A DNA stretch of 43,968 nucleotides from Candidatus Buchananbacteria bacterium (GTDB taxonomy: Bacteria; Patescibacteriota; Patescibacteriia; 2-01-FULL-39-33): positions 1 to 43,968 of the forward strand of contig CAIOLF010000003.1 of NCBI GenBank assembly GCA_903859075.1, written 5' to 3'. The notes beneath the pieces were generated by a model. It saw only the letters and a list, made by a program, of their open reading frames with translations, was not told the DNA's origin and made no database searches. The position numbers were made by a program, and so were the translations under genes. How positions within the stretch are numbered: position 1 is the first letter of the stretch; every line of letters starts with the position of its first letter. Shown here piece after piece: positions 15,749 through 27,339 of this stretch.

Positions 15749-16999
15749 TTATTCTCGGCCTAGGGCGGTAATAGGATTAAGCAGGGCCGCTTTGCGGGCG
15801 GGATAATAACCGAAAATCAGGCCGACAGCGGCGCAAAAGCCGAAGGCGATCAGGATGGCTTGCGGCGGCAGATAAAAGCTCCAGCTGAAGCCGAAATTAC
15901 CGGCGATAATGCTGATGAGAAATGATAAAGAAACTCCGGCGACGATCCCGATCAATCCCCCAAACAGAGTCACGACTATCGCTTCCCAAAGAAATTGCCA
16001 AAGTATTTGGCTGTTTTTGGCGCCAATAGCTTTGCGCAAGCCGATTTCGTAAGTTCTTTCCGTGACTGACACGTACATGATATTCATAATGCCGACGCCG
16101 CCGACCAGCAGTGAGATGCCGGCAATGGAAATGAGCAGCAAGGTGATGCCGCCGAATATTTTATTAATCATGTCCCTGGCTTCAGCCATCGTAGTGACGG
16201 CAAAATCATCGTCTTGACTGTCGGTAATGCCGTGCTTTTCGCGCATCAAATCGGTAATGGCGGCGGCGGTCTCATCTTGCTTAGCGGTATCTTTTACCTG
16301 AAAGGCGGAAGACATGATATAGTCGATTCCCAGCAATAACTTTTGCGCTGTTTGCACGGGAATATACACCATGCTGTCAAAATCCAAACCGAAGCCGTTG
16401 CCTCTTTCTTTTAGAATTCCAATTACTTGATATTTCTGTTGGCCGATTTTTATGCTTTGTCCAACAGGATTTTGGTTGCCAAAAAGTTTTTGCTGCACTT
16501 TTGCTCCCAAGACCGCAACCTTTGCCGATTGATTATCCTCTTCTTTGCTATACATGCGGCCGGAAGCGATTTTTGCCTTATCAATGTCGATAAAAGAAGG
16601 AGAAATTCCCAGATAGTTTATCGTCTTATTCTGGTCAAGATAAGAAACAACGGCTTGGCCGATCACTAAAGCGTAATAACTTTTGATATTAGGTAGCTTG
16701 GCGATGGCGTTTGCCTCGCTGAGCTTGAAAGTAGTTATTTGGACTCCCTGAGCCATGGCACCGCCGCTGCCGAAATTTCCTCTTTTAGGAATCCGCACCT
16801 CGACTTGGATGATGTCATTGCCAAAAGCATCTACTTGGCCGAGTATCAGGCCTTTTAAGCTGTCTCCGGCGGAGAGCACGATAATCACCGCGGCAATGCC
16901 AATGGCAATGCCAAGTATCGTCAGGGAGGTCCTGGTCTTATTTCGAGAGAGTGATTGCCAGGCGATTTTAAAAGGTAAAATTAAATCCATATTATTCAT
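15749..16999 (-). CDS. ABC transporter permease, MacB/FtsX type
   Basis: N-terminal TM, large periplasmic domain, C-terminal FtsX 3-TM block (GLRKAIGAK). Its start overlaps the upstream permease by 8 nt. Confidence 0.85.
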   Translation of the reverse strand: MNNMDLILPFKIAWQSLSRNKTRTSLTILGIAIGIAAVIIVLSAGDSLKGLILGQVDAFGNDIIQVEVRIPKRGNFGSGGAMAQGVQITTFKLSEANAIAKLPNIKSYYALVIGQAVVSYLDQNKTINYLGISPSFIDIDKAKIASGRMYSKEEDNQSAKVAVLGAKVQQKLFGNQNPVGQSIKIGQQKYQVIGILKERGNGFGLDFDSMVYIPVQTAQKLLLGIDYIMSSAFQVKDTAKQDETAAAITDLMREKHGITDSQDDDFAVTTMAEARDMINKIFGGITLLLISIAGISLLVGGVGIMNIMYVSVTERTYEIGLRKAIGAKNSQILWQFLWEAIVVTLFGGLIGIVAGVSLSFLISIIAGNFGFSWSFYLPPQAILIAFGFCAAVGLIFGYYPARKAALLNPITALGRE

Positions 17000-18227
17000 A
17001 TCTTAACGCCTCGATCGGATTCAGCTTGGCGGCCCGGCTGGCCGGATAAATGCCAAAGATTAAGCCAACGGCGAAGGCGACGCCGCAGCCGACAATAATC
17101 GATAGCGGAGAAACTATCAGATCCCACTGATAACCCAGGTAACGGGCGATTAACGCGATAATAAAAGAAATGATTACCCCGATAATAATGCCGACGATGC
17201 CGCCGGTTAAGGTAATGGCTACGGATTCAAAAATGAACTGCGTCATAATGTCGGAACGGCGGGCGCCAATGGCTTTGCGCAGGCCGATTTCGCGCACTCG
17301 TTCATTGACAGCGGCCAGCATTATATTCATGACGCCGACGCCGCCGACGATAAGCGAAATACCGGCAATCGCCGCCAAAAAGAATTTAAGGGCGTTAGTG
17401 ATGGTTTTTAAGATATCAATGGCCTGCTTGGTGGTACGCACGGAAAAATCATCAGCGGCTGTTCCCGAAATATTATGGCGATCGCGCAGCAACAGCCGGA
17501 TATCTTCGCTGGCCGCGTCGATATTCTCGCCAGCGTTAATTTTAACTCTGATGTAATTGACGTACTTGATTCCCAGCATGATTTTTTGCGCCGTAGACAC
17601 CGGAATAAAAATATTGCTGTCTTGGCTTTGAAATCCCGAAGACCCCCTTTCTTTCATTACGCCGATTACTTCAAAAAACTCTTTTTTTATTTTGATTGTT
17701 TTCCCCAGGGGATCGCCGTTGCCGAATAAGTCCTGCGCCGCTTGGTAGCCCAGAATAGCCACCCGAACACTCCCCTTTTCTTCATCAAGATTAAAAAAAC
17801 GCCCGGTTCCCAGCTCGGCATTTTCTACTTTTAAGTAATCAGCCATGACGCCGTAAAAGTTAATATCGGATTTATTGTTTTGATAAACGGCCGTGCCGAC
17901 GCCGGTATTGTAAGAAGTCACCGCTTCGACATTGGGCACCTGGCTGGCGATGGCGAGAGCGTCTTCATATTTTAGGGTGGTAATGACGATTCCCAAAGCT
18001 GAGGCCGGCGGTCCGTTTTGATCGGAGGCGCCGGGCAGGATTCCCACCAAATTGGTGCCAATGGAATTGAGCTGATTGATAATCAAGCTTTGAGCGCCGG
18101 CGCCGACGGAAATAATAATAATCACCGACGCAATGCCGATGATTATTCCCAGGGCCGTCAAGAAGCTCCTGGCTTTATTTTTCTTTAAAACTAAAAAAGA
18201 TAGTTTTAGAGTATCTCTGATATTCAT
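16992..18227 (-). CDS. ABC transporter permease, MacB/FtsX type (paralog)
   Basis: Same architecture as the neighbouring permease ([18 protein letters not shown]). Confidence 0.85.
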   Translation of the reverse strand: MNIRDTLKLSFLVLKKNKARSFLTALGIIIGIASVIIIISVGAGAQSLIINQLNSIGTNLVGILPGASDQNGPPASALGIVITTLKYEDALAIASQVPNVEAVTSYNTGVGTAVYQNNKSDINFYGVMADYLKVENAELGTGRFFNLDEEKGSVRVAILGYQAAQDLFGNGDPLGKTIKIKKEFFEVIGVMKERGSSGFQSQDSNIFIPVSTAQKIMLGIKYVNYIRVKINAGENIDAASEDIRLLLRDRHNISGTAADDFSVRTTKQAIDILKTITNALKFFLAAIAGISLIVGGVGVMNIMLAAVNERVREIGLRKAIGARRSDIMTQFIFESVAITLTGGIVGIIIGVIISFIIALIARYLGYQWDLIVSPLSIIVGCGVAFAVGLIFGIYPASRAAKLNPIEALRYE

Positions 18228-18250
18228 AGTCCGTATGGCAAGAAGGTTTC

Positions 18251-18967
18251 CTATTTTATCAATTCCCCGTCTTTAGTGCTGCGCCGATTATTCACTACTT
18301 GATCCTCGCAGACCAGGCCGTCGCACAGCTTAATGATGCGCTTGGCATGCCTCGCCGTGTCATGTTCGTGTGTTACCAAAATTATAGTATGGCCATCATT
18401 ATTTAATTTTTCCAGAATTTCCATGATTGCTTGGCCGGATTTGGTGTCTAGGTTGCCAGTCGGTTCATCGGCAAAAATAATACTGGGGTTGTTGACCAGC
18501 GCCCGGGCAATGGCTACTCGCTGTTTTTCACCGCCGGACAGCTGATTGGAAAAGTTTTTTATCCGATGATTCAGGTCGACTGATTTGATGGCGGCAGTTA
18601 CCAGCTCGGTTTGATTTTTCTTTTTTGAATAAAGCAGCGGTAAGCGGACATTTTCAAAAACGCTGGTTTTAGGCAGCAAGTTAAAGGCCTGAAAGACAAA
18701 TCCGACCTCCTCGTTCCTAATTCTTGCCAGCTGATCCTCATCCAAATTGCTGACGTCGCGGCCGCTGAACAGATATTTTCCGCTGGTGAGATTGTCTAAG
18801 AAGCCAAGAATATGCATCAGGGTTGATTTGCCCGATCCGGAGGGACCCATAATGGCGACAAATTCGCCTTGATTAATTTCAAAAGAAATTCCATGCAGGA
18901 CTTTAGTGACTACCTCGTCATTGACATAATCCTTTTTTATGTCGATTAATTTAATTAGCGGGGACAT
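18251..18967 (-). CDS. ABC transporter ATP-binding protein (MacB/LolD-like)
   Basis: Walker [10 protein letters not shown], signature [15 protein letters not shown], Walker [13 protein letters not shown]. Confidence 0.9.
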   Translation of the reverse strand: MSPLIKLIDIKKDYVNDEVVTKVLHGISFEINQGEFVAIMGPSGSGKSTLMHILGFLDNLTSGKYLFSGRDVSNLDEDQLARIRNEEVGFVFQAFNLLPKTSVFENVRLPLLYSKKKNQTELVTAAIKSVDLNHRIKNFSNQLSGGEKQRVAIARALVNNPSIIFADEPTGNLDTKSGQAIMEILEKLNNDGHTIILVTHEHDTARHAKRIIKLCDGLVCEDQVVNNRRSTKDGELIK

Positions 18968-18976
18968 AATTAGCTT

Positions 18977-20620
18977 TTATTTTCTAAAAGTGATGACTTT
19001 TTCCTTTTCCTGGAGTCCGGATAATATCTCGACTAGGCCGTTATCGGCTTTCAGTCCGGTGGTAATAGTTTTTTCGGTGATTTGATCCGTTCCGGCGAGC
19101 ACCTCGACATATTTGTCTCCCGGCTTATCGAGAGTGCCTTCGCGTACCTTGACGGCCCGTTGAGGAATATACAAGACGTCGTGCTTTTCCGCCGTGGAAA
19201 TAGTGGTGTTAGCCGTCATGCCGGGCTTGATCTGATCGTTCCAGGAATCTTTGTCAAAACTGACGGTGGCTTTGTAATAAATCACGTCAGAAATTACCGT
19301 CTGCGCCGGATCAATAAAAGAAATAGTTCCAGAAAAAATGTGATCTGAGCCGAAAGCGTCAAGCTCAATGCCGGCTTTATCGCCGATTTTTATTTTGGTG
19401 ATATCAGACTCGGAAATATCTATTTTAATTTCGTATTGTTCTTTGCCGATCATCTTAATGACTGACTTGCCCGCCTGGATCTGTTCGCCAATTTCATAAT
19501 TAACGAAAGTCACTTGGCCGTCAATCGGCGCGATGATTTGATAGTTTGACAGCAACGCTACGGCGCCAGCCAAATTGGCCTGGGCTTGGCTGACACCAGC
19601 TAAGGCCGAGGCCAGTTCAAAATTACGCGGACCGGCTTGCTTCAAATTCAACTCCGCTTGGCTGATAGCCAGATTATTTTTTAAGGAATCCAACTGGGAT
19701 TGGTAGCTGGATGATGAATTAATCAAGTTGGTTTTTGCCAGTTGCAAAGAATTCAGGGCGGCGGAGACGGCCGTCTGCTGAGCGGCAATGTCGGCTTTGA
19801 TGCTGTCTTTGACGGATTGCGGGTAAGCAGTGTTGGTAACCAGCGACTCGGTCAAGACGAATGATTTATCGACGTAATCGTTTAGCGTCAGCAAAAAATC
19901 ACGGATGCCGTTGGCCGCGTCTATAACTTGGTTGTAGTCGCCGGAGTTTTTAGCCGTCACCGCCAACGCCTTGGCATCACTGAGCGCTTTTACCTGAAGC
20001 TGGTAGTTATTTTCCACATAATATCTCAGTTGGATGTCGGTAAATTGCAGGTTCTTGATATTGGTATCCTTGATGAAATAATTATAAATTTTATCCAAGG
20101 CGGTCTGAGCGCTGAAAATGGCGCTATCAAAATTATCGATGGTTTTCTCTTTCAGGGTAATTAATTGGCTATTTTGATTACTGGTTAGAGAATTAATGTC
20201 GCTCTGCGCCTTAGTGACTTGGGCGGCGGTCAAATTAATATCTTCAGCTGAAGCTCCGGCTTTGACCCTCGCTAAATCGGCATTAGCCGCATTGACTGCG
20301 GCCCGAAGCTGGCTGACTTGCGCTTCAATACTGCTAGCCTCGATCCGCGCCAGAATTTGTCCGGCCTTGACCTGGGAACCTTCCTTGATTGGCAAAAAAA
20401 TTATTTTACCCTGGGCATTGAAATTCAATTCTATTTCTTTGGCCGACTGCACTGCTCCGGTGGCGGAAACGGTTTGGACGATAGCGCCTCTTTTTACGTC
20501 TTCAGTTGTTATTTCCTGCTTATTTTTATTGATGCCGGCCCGATACCAAAAAAAGCCGGCGCCGGCAATAATAATCACTAAGATGGCCCAAAGCCACCTG
20601 TTTTTAAGAATTTTTTTCAT
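18977..20620 (-). CDS. Periplasmic adaptor (HlyD/MacA-type membrane fusion protein), long coiled-coil form
   Basis: N-terminal TM, barrel-sandwich motifs (GQILARIE..., IAPIDGQV), extended coiled-coil segment. First gene of the ABC set. Confidence 0.8.
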   Translation of the reverse strand: MKKILKNRWLWAILVIIIAGAGFFWYRAGINKNKQEITTEDVKRGAIVQTVSATGAVQSAKEIELNFNAQGKIIFLPIKEGSQVKAGQILARIEASSIEAQVSQLRAAVNAANADLARVKAGASAEDINLTAAQVTKAQSDINSLTSNQNSQLITLKEKTIDNFDSAIFSAQTALDKIYNYFIKDTNIKNLQFTDIQLRYYVENNYQLQVKALSDAKALAVTAKNSGDYNQVIDAANGIRDFLLTLNDYVDKSFVLTESLVTNTAYPQSVKDSIKADIAAQQTAVSAALNSLQLAKTNLINSSSSYQSQLDSLKNNLAISQAELNLKQAGPRNFELASALAGVSQAQANLAGAVALLSNYQIIAPIDGQVTFVNYEIGEQIQAGKSVIKMIGKEQYEIKIDISESDITKIKIGDKAGIELDAFGSDHIFSGTISFIDPAQTVISDVIYYKATVSFDKDSWNDQIKPGMTANTTISTAEKHDVLYIPQRAVKVREGTLDKPGDKYVEVLAGTDQITEKTITTGLKADNGLVEILSGLQEKEKVITFRK

Positions 20621-20682
20621 AATAATTTATCTTTATTTAATCATTTGACCGATAGCCGGATAATCTTACTATATCCAGGCCA

Positions 20683-22281
20683 TCAAATCAAGCTTTTTCC
20701 TGTCATCTCTTCGGGTATCGGCAAATTCATGATTTTTAATATCGTCGGCGCCACGTCAGCCAGAATCCCTGATGGCTGGACCAAGCTCAAATCAGAATTT
20801 GGTATCTCCTTTACTCCCCCGGTTTTGCCTTCCCACTGCTTGCCGACTAGTATAAATGGCACCGGATAAGTACTGTGTTCCTTGTCGATTTCATTGGATT
20901 GCGGATTGATAATTTCTTCGGCATTGCCATGGTCGGCGGTAATAATCGCCAGCCCGTCTTTGGCCAGAATGATCTCCAGCAGCCGCTTCAGGCAGTCATC
21001 TATCACCTCGCAGGCCTTGATGGTCGCTTTAAGATTGCCGGTGTGAGCCACCATATCGCTATTGGCGAAATTTATGACAATAAAGTCATAACTATTATTC
21101 ATTATCGCTTCACTCGCCTTTTTGGTTATAATCTTGGCCGACATCTCCGGTTTTTTGTCATAGGCGGAGATTCTTGGCGAAGGAATAAGAATTCGCTCTT
21201 CATTTTCAAAGGGCGTCTCGCGGCCGCCGTTGAAGAAAAAAGTGACGTGAGCGTACTTTTCGGTTTCAGCAATATGCAGCTGCTTCAGTCCATTATCGGC
21301 CAAGACCTTGGCGAGCGGCTCATTAATCGCCTCTGGCGTAAAAGCGATTTCTACCGGCAAATCTTTTTCATATTCAGTCATGGCCACAAAATGAATGTTT
21401 TCCAAATAACTGCGCGGGAATTTTTCAAAACCCGGCAGGATAATAGCCTTGGTTATTTCCCGGGCGCGATCGGAACGAAAGTTAAAAAAGATAACACTAT
21501 CGTTATTTTGAATGAGCCGGATGGGTTTTTTATGCTCGTCAATCATGACCACCGGCAGGAATTCCTCGTCATAAACTTTATTATCATAGGATGCTTGCAC
21601 TGCTTCCTTAGCCAGGGTAAATTTCCCTTTGGCTTCGCCCAGTACCATGGCGGAATAAGCGCTCTCGATCCTGTCCCAATGATTGTCTCTGTCCATGGCA
21701 TAAAAACGGCCGGAAATGGAAGCGATTTTTCCGACTTTCAATTCATTCATTTTTTGTTCCAGCTTTTGGATGAAATCAAGGCCGGAATTATAGGGCATGT
21801 CGCGACCGTCGAGAAAGGCATGGACAAAAACATTCTTAAGTTTGCTTCTGGCGCAAAGATCCAGCAGCGAGTATAAATGCTCGATGGAACTATGAACATT
21901 ACCGGATGACGTCAGCCCCATCAGATGAAGCGAGCTTTTATTTTTTTGGGCATGCTCGATGGCGGCTAAGAAGGCCTTATTAGTAAAAAATGATCCATCA
22001 GAAATAGACCGGTTAATCCGAGACAAATTCTGATAAATCAATTTGCCAGCGCCCAGGTTCATGTGTCCAACCTCGGAATTGCCGATCTCGCCCCAGGACA
22101 ATCCGACTTCTTCGCCGGAGGCGTGGAGCGTCATAGCGGGGTAAGACTTGATTAATTTATCGATGTAAGGAGTTTTAGCTTGGCTGATAGCGTTACCAGC
22201 TGATGGCGGCGCTACCCCCCAGCCGTCGAGAATAATCAAGACTAGCGGCTTAGGTTGGTGAGTTTTATTTTTTTCAATCAT
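20683..22281 (-). CDS. gpmI: 2,3-bisphosphoglycerate-independent phosphoglycerate mutase (copy 1)
   Basis: LIILDGWG, GNSEVGHMNLGAG (catalytic Ser), TADHGNAE. Confidence 0.9.
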   Translation of the reverse strand: MIEKNKTHQPKPLVLIILDGWGVAPPSAGNAISQAKTPYIDKLIKSYPAMTLHASGEEVGLSWGEIGNSEVGHMNLGAGKLIYQNLSRINRSISDGSFFTNKAFLAAIEHAQKNKSSLHLMGLTSSGNVHSSIEHLYSLLDLCARSKLKNVFVHAFLDGRDMPYNSGLDFIQKLEQKMNELKVGKIASISGRFYAMDRDNHWDRIESAYSAMVLGEAKGKFTLAKEAVQASYDNKVYDEEFLPVVMIDEHKKPIRLIQNNDSVIFFNFRSDRAREITKAIILPGFEKFPRSYLENIHFVAMTEYEKDLPVEIAFTPEAINEPLAKVLADNGLKQLHIAETEKYAHVTFFFNGGRETPFENEERILIPSPRISAYDKKPEMSAKIITKKASEAIMNNSYDFIVINFANSDMVAHTGNLKATIKACEVIDDCLKRLLEIILAKDGLAIITADHGNAEEIINPQSNEIDKEHSTYPVPFILVGKQWEGKTGGVKEIPNSDLSLVQPSGILADVAPTILKIMNLPIPEEMTGKSLI

Positions 22282-22287
22282 AATTTA

Positions 22288-23862
22288 TTAAATTAAGCTT
22301 TCTTTATTCATTAGAGAGCTCTTGTTGATGTCAAATAATTTTAAGATAGTCGGAGCAACATTGGCTAAGATCGGATGGGTTATTTTTTTTAATCTTAGCT
22401 TATCCTGACAGACAACAATGAACGGTACCGGATTAGTGGTATGCTCGGTAATTATTTCTTTGGTATTCAGATTTAACATATATTCAATGTTGCCGTGATC
22501 GGCGGTGATCAGCACGACGGCTTGGTGACGCTTAGCCGCCTGCACCACCTTTTTTACATAACCATCGACGGCCCTGACGGTCTTAATGGCCGCCTGCATA
22601 TTGCCGGTATGGCCGATCATGTCGGGACAGGCGAAATTGACGCAGATGAAATCATACTTGGGCAGCGCGCTTAAGATTTTGGCAGTGATTCTTGCCGTGG
22701 ACATCGCCGGCGTGCAGTCGTACGATTTTACCATCGGCGATGGGATATTGATGCGGTCCTCGCCATTAACCGGCGCGGCGTAGCCGCCATTAAAAAAGAA
22801 GGTGACATGGGCGTATTTTTCGCTTTCCGCCATATAAAGCTGCTTGGTCTGATGCAAAAGCATCGGTAAAGTCTCTTTAACGTCTTCAGACGGATAGGCG
22901 GACAGGATACTATCCAGATCCGGGCCAAAATCAGTCAGGGCCACAAATTGGATGTTTTTTAATATTTTTTTCCGTTTGTACTTCGGGGAGCCGGGATTCT
23001 TACTTTCAAAATAGGGCTGAACAAATGGCTTGGCTAATTGCCTGGCCCGGTCTGAGCGCAGATTAAAAAAGATAATAGCGTCATTATCGCTGATGCGCGG
23101 CGTCAGCTTGCCTTTGCGCCAGATAACGATCGGCTCAATGAATTCGTCGGTGATGTTGGCATTATAGGCGCGGGTAATTCCTTCCTGAGGACTGCTGGCC
23201 CGATGCTCGGCATGATTCGAGGTCATGGCATTATAGGCGCGGATAGTGCGATCCCAGGATTTTTTGCGGTCCATAGCGTAAAATCTGCCTATTACCGTGC
23301 AGATTATCTCATTCGGGCGCAGGACCCGTTCCAGCGCCATGATTGATTTTAGAGCGGAACGCGGCGGCGAATCGCGGCCGTCAGTAAATAGGTGCAGATA
23401 AATTTTTTTAATTTGCTGATGTCTGGCAAACATCAGCAGTGCCAATAAATGATCAGGATCGCTATGCGGACTCTGGCCATTGCTGAGCAGGCCCATGATA
23501 TGCAGGGCGGATTTATTATTTTTGACATGATTAGAAGCGGAGATAAAAGCCGGATTCTTGAAAAACTGGCCGGTATTTATCTGCTTGGATATCTTTACCA
23601 CATCCTGGTCGACGATTCTGCCCGCGCCAAGATTCATATGTCCCGCCTCGGAATTGCCGACTTGTTGCGGCGGCACGCCGACGCATTTTCCGGAAGCGCA
23701 CAACTGGGTCCAAGGATATTTTTTGTACAAAGAATTGATGAATGGCGGCTGAACCAAAAAAATCGGGTTGCTGGCATCATTTTTGCCAATACCCCAACCG
23801 TCGAGGATAAGTAAGATTACTTTTTTGTGATTTTTTTGTTTTTTAGTATTCTTCCTAGCCAT
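22288..23862 (-). CDS. gpmI: 2,3-bisphosphoglycerate-independent phosphoglycerate mutase (copy 2, divergent tandem paralog)
   Basis: LLILDGWG, GNSEAGHMNLGAG, TADHGNIE. Lys-rich N-terminal extension. Confidence 0.9.
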   Translation of the reverse strand: MARKNTKKQKNHKKVILLILDGWGIGKNDASNPIFLVQPPFINSLYKKYPWTQLCASGKCVGVPPQQVGNSEAGHMNLGAGRIVDQDVVKISKQINTGQFFKNPAFISASNHVKNNKSALHIMGLLSNGQSPHSDPDHLLALLMFARHQQIKKIYLHLFTDGRDSPPRSALKSIMALERVLRPNEIICTVIGRFYAMDRKKSWDRTIRAYNAMTSNHAEHRASSPQEGITRAYNANITDEFIEPIVIWRKGKLTPRISDNDAIIFFNLRSDRARQLAKPFVQPYFESKNPGSPKYKRKKILKNIQFVALTDFGPDLDSILSAYPSEDVKETLPMLLHQTKQLYMAESEKYAHVTFFFNGGYAAPVNGEDRINIPSPMVKSYDCTPAMSTARITAKILSALPKYDFICVNFACPDMIGHTGNMQAAIKTVRAVDGYVKKVVQAAKRHQAVVLITADHGNIEYMLNLNTKEIITEHTTNPVPFIVVCQDKLRLKKITHPILANVAPTILKLFDINKSSLMNKESLI

Positions 23863-24000
23863 TTTTTGAGGAAATAATGAAAAATTAAAACAATAAAAAA
23901 AGATTCAGTCAATGGGTATATTATAACAGAAAGAACTAAAAAAATAAAGGGACTCAAGTTGACATTTGAATCCCCTTAATTTCTTTAGTTTCTTGATTTT

Positions 24001-25251
24001 TTATCTTTTTACTTCGTCCCAAATCTCCATTAATCGATTATATTTGGTAACCCTTTCACCGCGGCAAAGCGAGCCGGTCTTGATATACTCGGCCCCGGAG
24101 GCGACCGCCAGATCGGCGATAAAATCATCCACGGTTTCGCCGCTGCGGTGTGAGATGGCGATTTTGAATTTATGCTTTTGCGCCAGCTTGATGCAAGCGA
24201 TCGTTTCAGTAACCGAGCCGATCTGATTGGGCTTGATCAAAATGGCATTGCCGGCTTTTTGCTCTATCCCCTGCTTCAGGCGTTTAACATTGGTGGCATA
24301 AAGATCATCGCCGATCAGCGATATTTTTCTGCCCAGAGTTTTTGTCAGCAGCTGCCAGCCCTGCCAATCATCCTCGGACAGGCCGTCTTCCAGTGATTCG
24401 ATGGGATATTTCTCTACCCACTTGGCGTACATTTCCACCATTTGTTCAGTAGAGCGTTTTTTCTTGTCCGTTGTCATATCATAGGCGCGCTCCTTATAAA
24501 ATTCCGAGGCGGCGGAATCAACGGCCATTTTTACATCTCTGCCAAGTTTATAGCCGGCATTTCTGACGGCCAGCCCGATTACTTTTAAGGCTTGTTTGTT
24601 GCTGGGAAGTTTTGGGGCATAACCGCCCTCGTCCCCAACGGTAACCGGATAACCGTTCTTCTTAAGATATGATTTCAGCGCCTGGAATATTTCAGCGCCG
24701 CAACGAATGGCTTCTTTGGCGTTCTTTTGCTGCGGCGTGACCATAAATTCCTGGATGTCAATGGACCAGCCGGCATGGGCGCCGCCATTTAGAATATTCA
24801 TCATCGGCACCGGAAAGGATACTTTTGATTTACTCCAATATTTTTGGTGCAAATAGGCATAAAGCGATTTCTGCTGGCTGATAGCCGCCGCGCGAGCGAC
24901 GGCCAAGGAAACGCCCAAAATGGCATTGGCGCCAAGTTTTGCTTTATTAGGCGTACCATCAAGTTTTAACATTAGCTCATCAATTTGCTTCTGATCAATG
25001 GGATTTCGGCCGATTAATTTCGGGGCGATTCTTTTGTTGACGTTAGCAACGGCTTTAAGCACGCCTTTGCCGCCATAGCGCTTCTTGTCACCATCGCGCA
25101 ACTCAAGCGCTTCATGCGTGCCGGTAGAGGCGCCACTGGGTACGGCGGCCCAAGCTTTTCTGCCATTATCCAATAATACTTCTACTTCCACCGTCGGATT
25201 GCCGCGAGAATCCAATATTTCCCTAGCAGTGATTTTCTTGATTTTTGCCAT
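24001..25251 (-). CDS. eno: Enolase
   Basis: AREILDSRGNPTVEVEV, SHRSGETVDDFIADLAV, 416 aa. Confidence 0.95.
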   Translation of the reverse strand: MAKIKKITAREILDSRGNPTVEVEVLLDNGRKAWAAVPSGASTGTHEALELRDGDKKRYGGKGVLKAVANVNKRIAPKLIGRNPIDQKQIDELMLKLDGTPNKAKLGANAILGVSLAVARAAAISQQKSLYAYLHQKYWSKSKVSFPVPMMNILNGGAHAGWSIDIQEFMVTPQQKNAKEAIRCGAEIFQALKSYLKKNGYPVTVGDEGGYAPKLPSNKQALKVIGLAVRNAGYKLGRDVKMAVDSAASEFYKERAYDMTTDKKKRSTEQMVEMYAKWVEKYPIESLEDGLSEDDWQGWQLLTKTLGRKISLIGDDLYATNVKRLKQGIEQKAGNAILIKPNQIGSVTETIACIKLAQKHKFKIAISHRSGETVDDFIADLAVASGAEYIKTGSLCRGERVTKYNRLMEIWDEVKR

Positions 25252-25281
25252 TGTTTTGATTACTAAAATTATTTAATGTGT

Positions 25282-26079
25282 TTATTTAATTTCGTAACTA
25301 ATGCTGACATTGACAGTCACGTCTTGGCTGCCGGATTCTATCTGCGGCGCGGCCACTGATTTTACCTCCGCTGACATTCCTAGAGCCATATCGCTATACA
25401 TTGGTACCGGATAATAATTAGATCCGCCTTCGCTGAAATTTACAATCCGGCCCAGCTTGATGCCGACTTGGTCAGCCAAAACCTTGGCCTTATCCTTGGC
25501 CTGCTTAATAGCTTCCTCTCTGGCCTGGGCGCGGAATTGTTCAATGTCATCAATCATAAAATCCGGACCGCTGACTTGATTGGCGCCCAGCTCAGTGGCT
25601 TTGGCGATTATATCTCCGACTTTGTCAAAATTCCTGACTTTAATCTGTAAATTCTGATTAACGGTATAGCCGATGATTGTCTGGCGGCCGTTATTCCAAT
25701 TGTATTTAGGATAGACGGAATAATTTTGTGTCTTTAAATCTTTGGCTTCAACCTTAAATTCATCCTTAACGGCTTTAATAACGTTATTCATTTTATCATT
25801 ATTCTGTTTTTGCGCTGCATTGACGGTCTGTCCCTCGGTAATCAACCCAACATTTAATATAGCCACATCAGGAGCGGCGGTAATTTTCCCTTCGCCAGTC
25901 ACGGTCACGCGATCCTGGATGTCCGGCGTCTTGCCGATGTAGTCATAAGCGCGCATGGCATTGCGGCTTAAATTGAAAAGATAAGTCCCCAAAACGATGA
26001 GCACTAAGCCCATGATTACCATCAAAATGATCTTGCCCGGGCCACGATGATGGCGGCACATAGAGTCCTGCTGATCCAT
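25282..26079 (-). CDS. SIMPL/DUF541-domain secreted or membrane-anchored protein
   Basis: N-terminal TM, then the pattern typical of SIMPL proteins (VTGEGKITAAPDVA..., ARAEA-like helix REEAIKQAKDKA, VNVSISYEI end). Confidence 0.7.
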   Translation of the reverse strand: MDQQDSMCRHHRGPGKIILMVIMGLVLIVLGTYLFNLSRNAMRAYDYIGKTPDIQDRVTVTGEGKITAAPDVAILNVGLITEGQTVNAAQKQNNDKMNNVIKAVKDEFKVEAKDLKTQNYSVYPKYNWNNGRQTIIGYTVNQNLQIKVRNFDKVGDIIAKATELGANQVSGPDFMIDDIEQFRAQAREEAIKQAKDKAKVLADQVGIKLGRIVNFSEGGSNYYPVPMYSDMALGMSAEVKSVAAPQIESGSQDVTVNVSISYEIK

Positions 26080-26125
26080 ATTTTTTGTTTAGTTAATTAT
26101 TTAAAATATTTAGGATTTATAATTC

Positions 26126-27301
26126 TTAATTCATAATTTTTCTAAGCCCCGGCAGTTTCTTGCCTTCCAGATACTCCAGCATCGCTCCACCGCCGGTGGA
26201 AATGAAGCTGAATTTATTTTCCAGTTTCATTTTGCGGATCATCTCCACTGTTTCGCCGCCGCCAACTATCGTCTCAGCCTTGCTTTTGGAAAGGATTTTT
26301 ATCAGCTCTTTTGTACCTTTGGCAAAAGTAGGATTTTCAATCAGTCCCATCGGCCCATTCCACATTATCGTGCGCGCTGACTTGATTATCTTTCCGAATA
26401 ATTTTAGCGTATCCGGGCCGATATCCAAGATCATTTCGTTATCCTTGACATCGGCTAAAGCGTCAAGATGCCCTTTTTTGCTTTTATAGCTCTTAGCGAC
26501 AACCGCGTCGACGGGAACTTCTATTTTATTGTCAGTTAGTCTGAACTTTTTTACTCCAGACAGCATTTTAGGTTCAATGGCGGATTTGCCGACACTTATA
26601 CCCATAGCTTTTAAAACCGTGTTGGCCAGAGATCCGGCTAGCAGTATTTTATTGGCGATTGGAATAAAATTTCGGATTAATTTCATTTTGGTAGATATTT
26701 TGGCGCCACCGATAATGACCACCAGTGGTTGGTGGGGATTCTTTATAGCTTTGGATAAATGGAGTATTTCTTGTTCTAACAGTAATCCGGCATAAGACGG
26801 TAAAAATTCTTGGATAGTTGAAACGGAGACTTGGTCGCGGTGATCAACGGCAAAGGCGTCATTGACATAAATATCCCCCAACCGGGCCAGCGCCTGGGCA
26901 AATCGTTTATCGGCTGATTCCTCCCTTTTGTCAAAACGGATATTTTCCAGCATGATGATATCTCCATTATCCATTGAATGTATCAGCGTTTTTGTCCGGC
27001 TTCCCAGTATTTCGCCGCTTTTGCGGATTTTTTTGCCCAAAAGCTGAGCCAGCCGCTTAGCTACCGGATCAAGGCGCAGTTTTTCAATAATTTTGCCGTC
27101 CGGGCGGCCCAAATGCGCTAAAATGATAACTTTAGCGCCGTGCCGGGATAAATATTTGATTGTTGGCAAGGTCTGGACGATCCGATAATCTTCGCTATGC
27201 CCGACCAAGCCGGTTGCGGTAAGCGGAACATTAAAATCTACCCTTAGAAGGATTTTTTTTCCGCTGAGATCCTTGATTTCCCTGATGGTTTTGATTTTCA
27301 T
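26126..27301 (-). CDS. pgk: Phosphoglycerate kinase
   Basis: ILLRVDFNVP, AHLGRPDG, STGGGAMLEYLEGK. Confidence 0.95.
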   Translation of the reverse strand: MKIKTIREIKDLSGKKILLRVDFNVPLTATGLVGHSEDYRIVQTLPTIKYLSRHGAKVIILAHLGRPDGKIIEKLRLDPVAKRLAQLLGKKIRKSGEILGSRTKTLIHSMDNGDIIMLENIRFDKREESADKRFAQALARLGDIYVNDAFAVDHRDQVSVSTIQEFLPSYAGLLLEQEILHLSKAIKNPHQPLVVIIGGAKISTKMKLIRNFIPIANKILLAGSLANTVLKAMGISVGKSAIEPKMLSGVKKFRLTDNKIEVPVDAVVAKSYKSKKGHLDALADVKDNEMILDIGPDTLKLFGKIIKSARTIMWNGPMGLIENPTFAKGTKELIKILSKSKAETIVGGGETVEMIRKMKLENKFSFISTGGGAMLEYLEGKKLPGLRKIMN

Positions 27302-27339
27302 AGGATTATTTTCGTTTCACTGCCGATTTATATTATACC

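Noticed and set aside
20875-21876. A 333-aa plus-strand ORF.
   Set aside because: It is entirely antisense to gpmI copy 1, which has unmistakable iPGM motifs. It has no RBS and a Phe/Ile/Gly-rich shadow composition.
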